DNA of 54,202 nucleotides from Clostridia bacterium (lineage in GTDB: Bacteria; Bacillota; Clostridia; Oscillospirales; CAG-272), in contig JAFQNZ010000211.1 of the NCBI GenBank assembly GCA_017395715.1, positions 1-54,202 on the forward strand. The letters are read 5' to 3'. The translations under genes were made by a program, and so were the position numbers. Every line of letters begins with the position of its first letter. Positions within the stretch are counted from its first letter, which is position 1. The notes under the pieces are model-generated. The model was not told the origin of the DNA and made no database searches. It saw nothing but the letters and a program-made list of their open reading frames with translations. Below are positions 14,443 to 25,136 of this stretch, in pieces.

Positions 14443-16661
14443 TATGTCAACCTCCTTACGCTGATTGCACCTTCTTGTCCGGGTAGCTTGTACTGCAATT
14501 TGTTGATTCGGGCGGGAATCATTTCTTCAAACTCGGACTGAATGTAGATCATGTCATTCGCATCCAAGCGGAAGTCCTGACGGAAGTTCACCTCGTAGCT
14601 GTTGCGGTTCTTATAGTAGTTCGCAATCCATGCGCCCACAGCCTGAGCCGTGTTGGTATCGGTAATCAGCGGATTGTTCAGAGGGCAAATCTCGCCGTTC
14701 TTGTTCACACCCACGGAAACCGTCACCTGCTTCTCGCTCAGGGGGTAGCCGTCAAGCGTGATGCTCACCACGCCATCGGCTCGAATGGTCAGGAATGCGT
14801 TCTGCGCATAATACCTTGCAGATACGAGCGTACCGCCTGTCACCACCGCACTCACATCCACAGACGGGGCGTAAGTGACCTGAATCTCTTGCTCGCCGCC
14901 AACCGCTACGTTGTCGGCTTGGTAGATCGTAACCTTCTCGCTCTGCTTGGTGTACTGATGCGCAATCACATCCACGCTTTTGAGTTCTTCGGTCTTATAG
15001 ACCGTAGGCTTCGCCAAGGCAATGCTGAAATCGAGGTAGAAGTCCGTCACCCGTCCGCTGTCGATGGACTCAACGCGAACACGGTGATTCGGCTTGCTCG
15101 TAGTCAGAATTTCGATGGTGACAAGCGTGTAGTCAATCACTTCCTCATTGACCGTGTACACGATTTCGGTGTTACCACGCACCTGCACGTTCTTTACGAT
15201 CACACCATCACGGGAGAAGATTACGTTGAAATCGGGAGCATAGGTTTCTCCAATGCTGTCGAACCCGATTTGGAATTGGTAGGAACTCACGGGCAGGGAA
15301 TACTTCACATACAGCTTCGGAGTGGAAGTGAACCTCGCCTGACCATTCGAGATCGCAGAACTGATGAAGCCCGTGGGCTTGTAGTTCTCGTTCTCAGGCA
15401 TGATGTAGAGCTTGCTGTTCGTCTCCACTCGCCACTTGTTCGGCTCGAAGGTGATATAATCGTAGGCCGCAGTTCGGTCATAGGCTTGCTGAGGATTGCT
15501 CCAAGGGGTATGCCCGTTGTCGCTTACGCTCACGTCAGCGTCCAACTGCAACCGCATCCTCACCTTACCGTCTACGTCACAATACAGCACACATCGTCCT
15601 GCATTGGCGATAAGCTGTAAGCACTCCCTATGAGTGAGTGCGGGAATCGGTGCATGAGTGATGACTTCCTTCAATCCCTGCGGAATATCGTAATCGGTCA
15701 CTCCTGCATCGGCGAAAACATCTACCGCCAGATCATACAGGGAAATACCTTCGGGTCTCCACGCTCCCTTGTAGTAAGTACCCGTCATATAATAGAGCAG
15801 GTCGTTCGCTTCAAAGGTCGCGGTCTTATTCTCAACGGTCGGCGCATCGCTCAGGTACAGGTATGCGGCATCCACCCACTCGGTTTCGCCGTTCACCGTA
15901 GTACCGTAGCGAACCTTCAAAGGCTGACCGTTCTCGAAATACTCCCAAATGCCCTGCGGGTTGTCGGGGTTGTAGTCCTTGTCGAGATTCGCCACACGCA
16001 TCATCAGCTTGTTATACGGCAAGCTCGAAGATACGGGGTCTACATACATCGTGTGATCGGTGGAGAGAATATCCTTCGTGCCGAATATCTTCACCAAGCC
16101 GAATACCATACGACTTACTCGCAACCTGCGGTATGGCTCGTTCATCGAAAGGAACTCGAACCTCACCCTGTCGCACTCCTGAATGTGGTTCTTGGAATCA
16201 ATGAACTCCAAGCTGTCGGGTGTGGAAATGAACTGAACCACCTGTTCGTTGCCGAGGTATGCCGTCACGCGAATCTCCTTGGGGTAATCCTTCGCAAAGG
16301 TGTAGGTCATGCCCACAAACTCACGCGCCTTGTCGAACGCTACCTCAATGGTAGGAACGGTACTGAACACGCCGTTTGCGTCCGTCATGACCGAGCTTAC
16401 GAAACCATTTGCAAGGTAGTTCGCTTCGGGCAGAATCAAGGCATTGCCACCAACCGCGAAGAAATCCTTCTCGAAGGTGATGTAGTCACACTCGTGCTTC
16501 TTATCGAACACGCTGGTGGCAAATGCCGCTTTCTGCCGCTCGGTGATCGTGGAGTCGGTTTCGACTCCACGATCAATCATTTCGAGCCGCGCTTGAAACT
16601 GCGAGGTAGGGCGAACAACCTGATTCATGGTCTCTTTGTAGGCGTTAGATACCACTTTCAT
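14442..16661 (-). CDS. Large tail-tip / baseplate structural protein (Tal position)
   Basis: 739 aa, two genes downstream of the tape measure. RBS is GAGGTGA. Function is suggested by position only. Confidence 0.55.
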   Translation of the reverse strand: MKVVSNAYKETMNQVVRPTSQFQARLEMIDRGVETDSTITERQKAAFATSVFDKKHECDYITFEKDFFAVGGNALILPEANYLANGFVSSVMTDANGVFSTVPTIEVAFDKAREFVGMTYTFAKDYPKEIRVTAYLGNEQVVQFISTPDSLEFIDSKNHIQECDRVRFEFLSMNEPYRRLRVSRMVFGLVKIFGTKDILSTDHTMYVDPVSSSLPYNKLMMRVANLDKDYNPDNPQGIWEYFENGQPLKVRYGTTVNGETEWVDAAYLYLSDAPTVENKTATFEANDLLYYMTGTYYKGAWRPEGISLYDLAVDVFADAGVTDYDIPQGLKEVITHAPIPALTHRECLQLIANAGRCVLYCDVDGKVRMRLQLDADVSVSDNGHTPWSNPQQAYDRTAAYDYITFEPNKWRVETNSKLYIMPENENYKPTGFISSAISNGQARFTSTPKLYVKYSLPVSSYQFQIGFDSIGETYAPDFNVIFSRDGVIVKNVQVRGNTEIVYTVNEEVIDYTLVTIEILTTSKPNHRVRVESIDSGRVTDFYLDFSIALAKPTVYKTEELKSVDVIAHQYTKQSEKVTIYQADNVAVGGEQEIQVTYAPSVDVSAVVTGGTLVSARYYAQNAFLTIRADGVVSITLDGYPLSEKQVTVSVGVNKNGEICPLNNPLITDTNTAQAVGAWIANYYKNRNSYEVNFRQDFRLDANDMIYIQSEFEEMIPARINKLQYKLPGQEGAISVRRLT

Positions 16662-16672
16662 AGCCGTTCACC

Positions 16673-17053
16673 TCACTCTCCCACATCGATGATGTTCGCC
16701 TTGCAGTCCAAGTAATACTTGGGTTTGTTGGTGATGGGGTCAACCATGAACGGCTGTGCCGTTCGATCACCAACGTAGAACTTGCGCGTAACCCAATCAT
16801 TCGTAACCATGTCGATGTATCGGACAGAGAACGTGAACTTCTCAAACTCTTGGAGCATTCGAGACCACACTTCGGGAGTCAGCACACTCCAAGTCAGTTC
16901 GATCTTGCCCATGTCTCTGCCGATACGCTCGCCACGCATTACGCCGTCAGCCGTTCTCGCACTATCCACAATCGTAGAGACCTGTTGCAGTCCGCTACTC
17001 TTGCTGGGGTACGGGAACGCTATGCCGTTAATGTAAATGAATCCATTAGCCAT
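16673..17053 (-). CDS. Small tail component (Dit position)
   Basis: ATG at 17053 overlaps the tape-measure stop by 8 nt. 126 aa. Confidence 0.45.
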   Translation of the reverse strand: MANGFIYINGIAFPYPSKSSGLQQVSTIVDSARTADGVMRGERIGRDMGKIELTWSVLTPEVWSRMLQEFEKFTFSVRYIDMVTNDWVTRKFYVGDRTAQPFMVDPITNKPKYYLDCKANIIDVGE

Positions 17054-20000
17054 GACTGAACGCCCCCATTCCCAGATCATAGCCACGATTTCGGGCTATC
17101 TTCTGCTGATTTTCGTAGATTTTCTCGCCGTCAAGGTAGACATTGATGCGAGCGGGTTCACCGCCGTCATTGCCACCCATTGCCGCAGATACGGCCTGAT
17201 AGACACCGATGGAAACAGCGTCTACAATCTGATCGTTGTTCGCAACAGCGGTACGACCGCCGATGCTACCAACCAACTCAGGCCCGGCTTCTCGTGCCAC
17301 GAACATCTGACCCGTAGGAACGAAACCGCCGTCCTTCTTGAAGGTGATGCTATCGCCGCTTACCGTACCCGTGAAAGTGACCTTCGTACCCGCACTCTTG
17401 GCGAGCTTGATATAGCAGGTCTTCGTCCAACTGCTCGATACAAAAGAACTCAGGCTTGTCCAACCGTCCTTCGCAAGAGAGATACTTACCGAACCGCTCT
17501 CGCTCGTACTGTTGTCCTTACACCATTGAGAAATGCTCTTGTTCGCCCAGTTACCCTTCGCCAAGTCAACAGACTTCGTAACCTTACCACCGAAGATGGA
17601 GTCAAGCAAAAGCCATGCGGCAACCGTAGCGACACCGCTCAGGAAGCCCGTTTTTAGTCCGATAGACTTCGTAACAGAGCCGCCCATTTTGTTGTTGGTA
17701 ATCCAAGAGCCAATAGAACTCCACGCAGAGGTGTTGGTTACTCCGATACCCTTGGTTACATCGCCGCCCATCTTATCGGTAGAAATCCAGTTCGCAACCG
17801 TGCTCCACCCCTTCTTGATGAGTTCGACCATGGGTTGCAGGACAGGAAGATTGACCGAGAGCAGACCTTCCTTCAAGCCCGTAGCCGAATCCGAACCAAT
17901 GGTGGTGAAACTACCCTTGGTGAACAAAGCTACAATCTTGCTCTTTACGTTGGTACTGAACCACCCGCTGACAGGAGACCAGTTCGTCTCGGTGTCGTTC
18001 TTCGCACCGAGGAAAGCCGAGACAATCCCGCTACCGAGATTCGTGAACAGCGTTCCAATCGGAGAGGAAACGATCTTCGAGAACCAATCGCTCACAGGAC
18101 TCCATGCGCTCTTACTGTCATCCTTCGCACCCGTCATCTTACTGATGATCGTAGTACCGAGGGTAGAGAACAGAGTGCCGATGGGAGAACTGACGATCTT
18201 ACTGAACCACCCGCTGACAGGAGACCAGTTCGTCTCGGTGTCGTTCTTCGCACCGAGGAAGTAGCTGATGATATTCGCAGTAAGCGTGGAGAACTTGCTG
18301 TTGGTGGGGTCGGTCACGGTCGTGCCAAACCATCCACTCATCGGAGACCACGTTTCCTGCACATCATCCTTGGTGTCTTGGAACAACTGACTTACATCCG
18401 CATTCATTCCCGTGAACTTGCTCACGATGATGTTGATGAAGTTCTGGAACCAAGCAGGGAGATTCGTCCAAGTGTCTTTCAGCTTCGTACCGAGCGTAGC
18501 AAGACCTGCGAGCAGACCTTCTACGATGTAGATACCAAGCCGCTTGAACAACTCGGAAGGACTGTGTACTTCGTTCTCAGTAGCCGCCGTATCATACGGA
18601 ATACCGAAGATTTCGGCGAGTGCCTTGATAGTGTCATTCATTTCGGTGTCGATACCAAGAATCATGCCATCCACAAGGTCAATACCGAGAGCCTTGAACA
18701 TTGCCGTCATGGTCGAATCATTCTTAGCAAGCGAGATTTCAGTTCCATCCTTCAAAGTCAGAACAATGTCACCCGCTTCATCCTCAATGATACTGGTAGC
18801 ATTACTCATACCGTTGGCGATAACGCTTGTCAGATCATAACCAAGGTTTTCGAGCATGGCTTGTGCTCTCGAAGTCCCGAAGGTTTCAGACAGCGAATTG
18901 TAGAACTGCGTTTGAACTTCCGTACCGAGAATATCCCAATCGGTAAATCCAAATACATTCTTAGCTTCGATCAAGACCTGCTTGTCCTTCTTATCCAAGG
19001 TGCTGTAAAAGACTTCCCAGAACTTTGTATCGAAAGCATTCGCAAGGTCTTCGATAGAGCGATTCTCAATCATCCATTGGTCGCTACTCCACGACTCAAA
19101 GAATCTCTGCATAACAGAGGATTCTCCTGCTTCGATAGCCTTGGGAGAGAAAATCTCCTGTAATGCAGTCAAGAAAGACTGTCTTGCTTTCTCGGTGTCC
19201 GCAGTTACAGCCGCTTCAACGCTACCTGCAACATCAAGTGCGGCAATATCCGCTTCAAGTTGGCGAATAGTCTCATCCATCGACTCAACCATATCGTCAT
19301 TCCCCTGCTTGACATAGAAAGCGCGAAGTTCTTTGGCGGCAACCAAACGACCTTCCATTTCGCCTTGCGCGGTAGTCATGGCATCCGCATAAGACGCTTG
19401 AAGTTCTGTAACCATCGTCTGATACTCACTCAATACATCCTTGAAAGAGTCTCGCGTGAGATCGCTGAGTTTCAGGTCGAGAGTAGAATCGAACTTGCCA
19501 GAAATGCTACCTGTCGTAAGTGCGAGAGAGATATTCGTCAAGGTTTGTTGAATAGCATTCAACAGAACAGATTCACTTGCCGTTAATCCATCCGTCATAC
19601 CCTTGACCATAAGGTCACTCATCTGCTTACCGAGATCATCAATACCGGCTTCGAGGAGTTTATCGGTGCTCATGATATTACCGAGCATATCGGCAACATT
19701 CATGTCTTCACCGTTCACATTCTTCGGAGGTACGATGCTGAATGTAAGCGTCAACTGATTTTCAGATTCATCCAACAACGATTTGATCTTGGGAATCAAA
19801 CCATCTTCGCCCGTAAGCTGATTGGTCAATTCTTCCTTCAAATCAGGGTCAATCTGAGCACCAATTTCGACCTTTTTCAGATTGGCATTGAACAATTCGG
19901 TCGAAACAGACAGAGCTTCCTTTGCGGTTTCAACATTGGCTATAACGCTTCCGACAAGATTGATGCGCGGTTCAATGTCAAACTCGAACAACCCCTTGGC

Positions 20001-22892
20001 GGTTTTCTCAATATCAGCCGCAGTCAACGCAATCTTGCCCCAAGAAACAGCCATACCCAAGATATTCTGCTTCAAGGAGATACCAACCAAGGTCGCAATC
20101 GCACTCATGGTGATACCGATGGTCGCGCCAATCGCCGCACCCGTACCGATTGTTGCACCCAAGCCAATGGCAATCAGGCCACCCGCCAACGCAGAAAGTG
20201 CGGTAGAGAGTACGTTCGCCGCCATGGTCTCCCAAGAGAGACCCGTCTTCGCAGAAACAGCACCCGTTCCAACGATAGCCGCCATCGCCGCTGTTACGGA
20301 GAATCCGATACCACCGCCGAGGAGCTTGCTGAAACCAAAGAGCTTTGCAATCGTTGCACCTGCGATAGCACCCGTTCCTGCGCTCACAATCGCAGAAGCG
20401 GCGGTGTCCCACAGGGTTGCATTGGAGTTCGTCAACGTACCAACGTAGGTCACAAACGCAGTCAAGGTCGCAGTCACGGTGAAGCCAACGCTTGCACCCG
20501 TGAGCAACTTCACGCCGAATGCCTTAGCGAGCAATCCACCCGCAAGAGCACCCTTCGCCGCCGCCATGATCGAAAGCCATACGGTGTTTGCCGTAAACCC
20601 TTCGGTAGATACGCCCTTGTACACAACCGCAATGGAGGTGAGTGCGCTAATCAGCATCATCGCCGATGCGCTATACCAACCAATCTTCGTGCCAAAGGAA
20701 TGCGCCATGACACCACCTACAATAGCCGTGCCGAGACCCGTTGCAATGCCATCTGCAACCAGATAACCGAACTTGCCCGTCTCCATGAACTTGTTATCGA
20801 AGTCATAAACGAGGGCAACGGTCACTACTGCGGTAGCCAATGCTGTCACAATACTCAGAACCTTTTCCATGTGCTGACGAGCACTACCAAGGTTCGGGAG
20901 CAGACTCTTTGCCATGTTCCACAGGAGCAGTTCAGCACCAATGGCGGTTGCCACGGCAAGAATCTCGTCAAGGTGATCTTTAATCCAGTTCAGCGTAGGC
21001 TCGAACTTCTTCATCAGTTCGTCCACACGAGAGGAAACGGCATCACCGAGGAAGTCATAGACGGGCAAATCCCAATCCCAATCACTTCCACCACCGCCAC
21101 CTCCACCGCCGCCCCCGCCACCGGAAGCATCGGTCGGGTCGATGATGTTCAGTTCATCGAAGCCCATCAGGTAGCTTTTCAGCTTCTTCGCCGAGCCACC
21201 TGCGCTGTCAAGATTGTCACCCAGATCACCAACACCCGCGCTCACATCGCCGATAATGCCCGAATAATCCACTTCGGGGAGAGAGAATCCGAACAGCGAT
21301 GCGATTGCCGCCGCCAAGATGCGGATAGCCTTTGCAAGTGCGATAACCACGGGAAGTACCGCATTGAGAATCGGTATAAATACGTTACCGAGCGCACGAG
21401 CCGCCTGAGAAACCTGAGCTTGCAGAATACGAAGCTGATTCGCAGGTGCATTCAGGGTTCTTGCCATATCGCCCTGTGCGGTCGTAACCTGAGTCATGAT
21501 CGCGTAGTATCGAAGCTGTGCTTTCTCAGCCTGAGTCATGCTCGCAAAGGTTTGGTCGATACCAAGGCTCAACGCAACTGCTTCCAATCGCGCCTGACTC
21601 AGATCGTAACCAAGTCTACGAAGCGGTTCAAGCTCACCCGAAATACCAGACTGCAACTTCTGCATGGAATCTGCATAGCTGATGTTGAAGAAGGAACTCA
21701 GGTCATAGCCCAACTGAGTCAAGTTCTGACTCATGATATACGCACGGTCACTCACCACGCCGAAGCCCGTAGCCAAGGTCATGAAAATACCCTGATTACG
21801 CATCCACTCGCCGGGGTCAATACCCATGACCTCACCAACGTGTTCGGCATACTTCTGTGCTTCCGAAGCAAACTGCCCCATGGAAGCATTGAAAAGGTTC
21901 AGGTTTTCTACATATTCGTTCGACTCATTGATGAGTTTGGCAATCGTCCTACCAATCGTCTGAACAGCCGTAATCGCCATACGAAGCCGTGCATAGAGGT
22001 TCATGTAAGAACCTGCCGCCGCAGTATTCGCAGTAGCCAAGCTGTTCGTGCTCGTGATTACCTGCTGAATCCGATGAGGAAATGCCGCGAACCCGCTGGA
22101 AATCGCGTTCATCTGCGATGCGAGGGGTTGTAGGGCGGCGGTAAGCTGATTGATCTTGCTACTGAACGTATCAAGGTCAAGGCTGTTCAAGCTCGCCACT
22201 ACTTCGGGCATCTTCTTCAATGCGGAAATAGAGGAAGTCAGATTGGCCTTTCCGAGCGTGGTCAGGGGAACAAGGGCTTCTGCCAGATTGCCGAAGATCG
22301 CAAGGTCAACGCCCTGCAAGCTCTTAGCCGCATCGCCGAGCTTCACAATCTGAGTGGCAATCGAGGAAGAAATCCTGATACTCTGAATCGCGGAAAGCGT
22401 AGCCACCGCATGAGCCAATGCAGAAATCTTGCCGAGGTCGTTTATGTTCATCTTGTTCACAGCTTCGGAGATCGAACCAATCCCCTTAGCCACGGTAGAC
22501 GAAATCTTCACGTCCTTCACAGCAGACAGAGAGGACAGCGCGGGAGCGATCTCACGAAGGAGAACCACACCCTGCACATCCAACTTACTGCTCGCTTCAC
22601 CGATTTCCCCAATGGACTTTGCGATGGTCGAGGAGAGCTTCACACCTTGGAGGTTTTTCAGCCCACCCAACGCATTCGTCAGATCGCGCAAGTTGGTGAT
22701 GGAATGCGAACTCAGTTTGTTGATACCATCATTCAGCTTGCTCATCTGAGAAGCGACCGAAGTGAGACCTACACCACCCTTGGTGATACCCTTCAACTTG
22801 TCGAGAGAATTGTATAGAGCATTCAATCCTTGTTCTGCGCTTTGCGAACTGGATTGAATTTCAAGTTCCAACGATTCGATGGTCGTGGACAT
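17046..22892 (-). CDS. Tail tape measure protein
   Basis: 1948 aa with N-terminal helical repeats, a TM-rich central block, a run of about 12 Gly, and W-rich 41-aa repeats (NWSPVSGWFSKIVSSPIGTLF...). Typical C-terminal end. Confidence 0.9.
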   Translation of the reverse strand: MSTTIESLELEIQSSSQSAEQGLNALYNSLDKLKGITKGGVGLTSVASQMSKLNDGINKLSSHSITNLRDLTNALGGLKNLQGVKLSSTIAKSIGEIGEASSKLDVQGVVLLREIAPALSSLSAVKDVKISSTVAKGIGSISEAVNKMNINDLGKISALAHAVATLSAIQSIRISSSIATQIVKLGDAAKSLQGVDLAIFGNLAEALVPLTTLGKANLTSSISALKKMPEVVASLNSLDLDTFSSKINQLTAALQPLASQMNAISSGFAAFPHRIQQVITSTNSLATANTAAAGSYMNLYARLRMAITAVQTIGRTIAKLINESNEYVENLNLFNASMGQFASEAQKYAEHVGEVMGIDPGEWMRNQGIFMTLATGFGVVSDRAYIMSQNLTQLGYDLSSFFNISYADSMQKLQSGISGELEPLRRLGYDLSQARLEAVALSLGIDQTFASMTQAEKAQLRYYAIMTQVTTAQGDMARTLNAPANQLRILQAQVSQAARALGNVFIPILNAVLPVVIALAKAIRILAAAIASLFGFSLPEVDYSGIIGDVSAGVGDLGDNLDSAGGSAKKLKSYLMGFDELNIIDPTDASGGGGGGGGGGGGSDWDWDLPVYDFLGDAVSSRVDELMKKFEPTLNWIKDHLDEILAVATAIGAELLLWNMAKSLLPNLGSARQHMEKVLSIVTALATAVVTVALVYDFDNKFMETGKFGYLVADGIATGLGTAIVGGVMAHSFGTKIGWYSASAMMLISALTSIAVVYKGVSTEGFTANTVWLSIMAAAKGALAGGLLAKAFGVKLLTGASVGFTVTATLTAFVTYVGTLTNSNATLWDTAASAIVSAGTGAIAGATIAKLFGFSKLLGGGIGFSVTAAMAAIVGTGAVSAKTGLSWETMAANVLSTALSALAGGLIAIGLGATIGTGAAIGATIGITMSAIATLVGISLKQNILGMAVSWGKIALTAADIEKTAKGLFEFDIEPRINLVGSVIANVETAKEALSVSTELFNANLKKVEIGAQIDPDLKEELTNQLTGEDGLIPKIKSLLDESENQLTLTFSIVPPKNVNGEDMNVADMLGNIMSTDKLLEAGIDDLGKQMSDLMVKGMTDGLTASESVLLNAIQQTLTNISLALTTGSISGKFDSTLDLKLSDLTRDSFKDVLSEYQTMVTELQASYADAMTTAQGEMEGRLVAAKELRAFYVKQGNDDMVESMDETIRQLEADIAALDVAGSVEAAVTADTEKARQSFLTALQEIFSPKAIEAGESSVMQRFFESWSSDQWMIENRSIEDLANAFDTKFWEVFYSTLDKKDKQVLIEAKNVFGFTDWDILGTEVQTQFYNSLSETFGTSRAQAMLENLGYDLTSVIANGMSNATSIIEDEAGDIVLTLKDGTEISLAKNDSTMTAMFKALGIDLVDGMILGIDTEMNDTIKALAEIFGIPYDTAATENEVHSPSELFKRLGIYIVEGLLAGLATLGTKLKDTWTNLPAWFQNFINIIVSKFTGMNADVSQLFQDTKDDVQETWSPMSGWFGTTVTDPTNSKFSTLTANIISYFLGAKNDTETNWSPVSGWFSKIVSSPIGTLFSTLGTTIISKMTGAKDDSKSAWSPVSDWFSKIVSSPIGTLFTNLGSGIVSAFLGAKNDTETNWSPVSGWFSTNVKSKIVALFTKGSFTTIGSDSATGLKEGLLSVNLPVLQPMVELIKKGWSTVANWISTDKMGGDVTKGIGVTNTSAWSSIGSWITNNKMGGSVTKSIGLKTGFLSGVATVAAWLLLDSIFGGKVTKSVDLAKGNWANKSISQWCKDNSTSESGSVSISLAKDGWTSLSSFVSSSWTKTCYIKLAKSAGTKVTFTGTVSGDSITFKKDGGFVPTGQMFVAREAGPELVGSIGGRTAVANNDQIVDAVSIGVYQAVSAAMGGNDGGEPARINVYLDGEKIYENQQKIARNRGYDLGMGAFSHG
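17955..18260 (-). repeat. Exact 60-bp direct repeat inside the tape-measure gene (17955-18014 and 18201-18260, period 246 bp)
   Basis: actgaaccacccgctgacaggagaccagttcgtctcggtgtcgttcttcgcaccgaggaa is read at both positions. Confidence 0.85.
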
Positions 22893-22919
22893 ATCTATTC
22901 ACTCCTCTCGTCAAAACAG

Positions 22920-23698
22920 TTACGCTTCGGTCGAGGTAGTTCCAAATTTCTTGTTGGTGGAAGCCATCAGAGCTTCCATGTAACGCTTACCCTTCGAGCT
23001 TACGGCCTTTTCCTTCGCTTCCTTCTCCTTCTTCTGTTCCTTCAAGGTCAGAGCATAAGGAGCGGTGCTATACGGTCGGGGCTTTGTACCCTTCTTTGCA
23101 AAAGCATGGAAGATCGGAGAAGCGTCACACAAGGCTTCGTAGATGTACATACCTTGCAACCAAAGCTCTTGATTGCGTTTCTCGTTGCGAATCTCCTCAG
23201 CCTTGCGGTAGTATTTCACCAATTCGGGGTCTCCGTCCCAATACTGTTCGGGAGTCATACCAATCGCAAGGTAATAAGGAAACGCTTCATAGAAACGCTG
23301 TGTGTAAGTGATTAAGGGAGCGGATTGGTCTCCCAACTCGCTCCCTTCGGAATGAGACAGCGAGCCACTTACCAACTGGCCGTCCAGTTCAGGTTTCCCT
23401 CGTTCTCCTCCGGCTCATCAACCAGAGCAGAGATCGGCTCGTTGTACATCTCAGCCAGCTTGCCGATAAGCTCCTGCTTATTGGTCATCTTGCCGTAAAT
23501 CTCGTCCACCAGTTCGTTCTTCACGAAGGGGTGATGGGCGAGGAATGCGCCCTTGAACAGAGCGGGAAGCGTGGTCATCGGCTTGTCCTTCACGTCAGAA
23601 GCCACGAAGCCCTCACGCTCCATGCGCTCAACGGTGCGGCGGGTGTACTCCAGAGTGTACTCCTTGTCCTTGTAAGTGAACTTCAACTGCTTACTCAT
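22920..23698 (-). CDS. Tail assembly chaperone G-T fusion via a -1 programmed frameshift
   Basis: The slippery heptamer G GGA AAC (23399-23393) is in the zero frame. The -1 frame is open from there to the stop at 22920. Confidence 0.6.
23369..23698 (-). CDS. Tail assembly chaperone (G-like)
   Basis: 109 aa, between the major tail and tape-measure genes. ATG at 23698 is preceded by GGAGGA. Confidence 0.7.
   Translation of the reverse strand: MSKQLKFTYKDKEYTLEYTRRTVERMEREGFVASDVKDKPMTTLPALFKGAFLAHHPFVKNELVDEIYGKMTNKQELIGKLAEMYNEPISALVDEPEENEGNLNWTASW
23393..23399 (-). promoter_or_regulatory. -1 ribosomal frameshift slippery site GGGAAAC
   Basis: X XXY YYZ heptamer 22 nt upstream of the G stop codon. 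Lambda G/GT uses GGGAAAG. Confidence 0.6.
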
Positions 23699-23773
23699 TT
23701 TCTTTTCCTCCAAATTCGATTCATTGATTTATGTCAGCGGCGATGCGATCTGCACCGCCGCCGATTTCAGATT

Positions 23774-24202
23774 TTAGGCATCAGCCATAGTGATGGGGGT
23801 GGAAGGAGCGATGGTGATGGTCATGTCCACAACCTCGTTCACGCCGCCGCCAACAGGGAACACGGAAAGCTGACCCTTGAACTCGAACTTGCCGTCAGAG
23901 CCATCGGGAGTCAGGGTGTTGCCATCTTCGGAAGCACCGAACCACACGGCGAAGTCCTTCTCCTGACCTTCCAGAGCCTTGAGCTTGGTGAAGTCAGTCT
24001 TGGTGTAGTTGGAGGTGAACTCCAGAGCGTCAAGGGACTGAATGCCCGGAATGTAGGTCTGCATCTTGTCAGACAGGGTGGTGGTCTCCAGCATTTCCGG
24101 AGCACCGCCCAGATCGGGGAAATCCTTGATGTCAACGAGCTTTTCGTAGGTAGAACCTTCGCCCTTCATCATCAGGAAAATCTTATAGGTGCTAATAGCC
24201 AT
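23774..24202 (-). CDS. Major tail protein
   Basis: 142 aa, directly upstream of the G/GT chaperones. RBS is AGGAGG. Confidence 0.7.
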   Translation of the reverse strand: MAISTYKIFLMMKGEGSTYEKLVDIKDFPDLGGAPEMLETTTLSDKMQTYIPGIQSLDALEFTSNYTKTDFTKLKALEGQEKDFAVWFGASEDGNTLTPDGSDGKFEFKGQLSVFPVGGGVNEVVDMTITIAPSTPITMADA

Positions 24203-24207
24203 TGCGA

Positions 24208-24612
24208 TTACCTCCTAAAAAGTACATTATCTTTCGATACCGTCACTCGGTATCGACCGACCATGCGGTAAATGGTCGCATCGTCCATGTTGGGAATCGG
24301 ATTCAGCATCGTGCGAGTGAATCCCATCGCCGCCATTTCCTCATCAACTATCGCCGCAATCTTTTTGCACTCCGTCTTCTTACCTGCGGTCTTGTTCGAG
24401 TACACATTCAACTCGTACATCAGAACCGCATGATTCTCCACGGAATCGCTTGTCTGTGTCCTCGTGAGAGGGGTATTATCCATTTCAACCAAGGACACGG
24501 CGGGGAAGGAAGAAGGTGTCTTCACATACTCGCCTGTCACATAAATCCCATCGAAGGTCTCACGCAACCGAGTGGCGATTCTGTCGAACACCTGACTCTC
24601 AATGTCAATCAT
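24208..24612 (-). CDS. Tail terminator / tail completion protein (by position)
   Basis: Start moved to 24612 (ATGA overlap). 134 aa. Confidence 0.45.
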   Translation of the reverse strand: MIDIESQVFDRIATRLRETFDGIYVTGEYVKTPSSFPAVSLVEMDNTPLTRTQTSDSVENHAVLMYELNVYSNKTAGKKTECKKIAAIVDEEMAAMGFTRTMLNPIPNMDDATIYRMVGRYRVTVSKDNVLFRR

Positions 24613-25136
24613 TTGAACACCTCCCTCGCTATATCGACTACCTCTGCGCATACCGTCTTCATGGCGTTATACATAGGCATTGCGGCGGGAGTACCGTGTG
24701 TAAGCACCAACTCACCGTCCTCGTAGAAGCCCCACACATTTCTCTTGCCATGCCCTTTTCCGTAGCCGCCGATGGTCATGCCAAGCTCGCCGCCCTTCGG
24801 ATGAGGACTCGAACCCGCAGACCCGTTATGGTACACACCTGCACCAAATTCTACCCAAACGGCATCTTCGCCCTTGGCGATGACTACCGATACATTCCCG
24901 CGAGTGTCGATGCTTACATCCACGCTCGCGCTTCTCGCTCCACCACGCAGAAGATCGTCTACTACGGCAGAGCCAAAGCCCTGACTCGCGGTTTCCGATA
25001 TTCGTTCTGCTACGCGCTGTCTCAGGAGTTCCGTTTTCCTGATGATCTCCTGCTTGTATTCCTCGATTTCCCGCATCGCCTTTTCAATGCTTTTCGGGTT
25101 CAAGGAGAATCGAATCACTTTCTTACCCACGGACAT
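24609..25136 (-). CDS. Head-tail joining protein (HK97 gp10-like position)
   Basis: 175 aa in the neck-gene block. Confidence 0.4.
   Translation of the reverse strand: MSVGKKVIRFSLNPKSIEKAMREIEEYKQEIIRKTELLRQRVAERISETASQGFGSAVVDDLLRGGARSASVDVSIDTRGNVSVVIAKGEDAVWVEFGAGVYHNGSAGSSPHPKGGELGMTIGGYGKGHGKRNVWGFYEDGELVLTHGTPAAMPMYNAMKTVCAEVVDIAREVFK

Noticed and set aside
23714-23773. A GC-rich dyad (gcggcg...cgccgc) after the major tail gene considered as a terminator.
   Set aside because: On the minus strand it is followed by GACATAAATCAATG, not a U-tract. The evidence is too weak to call.
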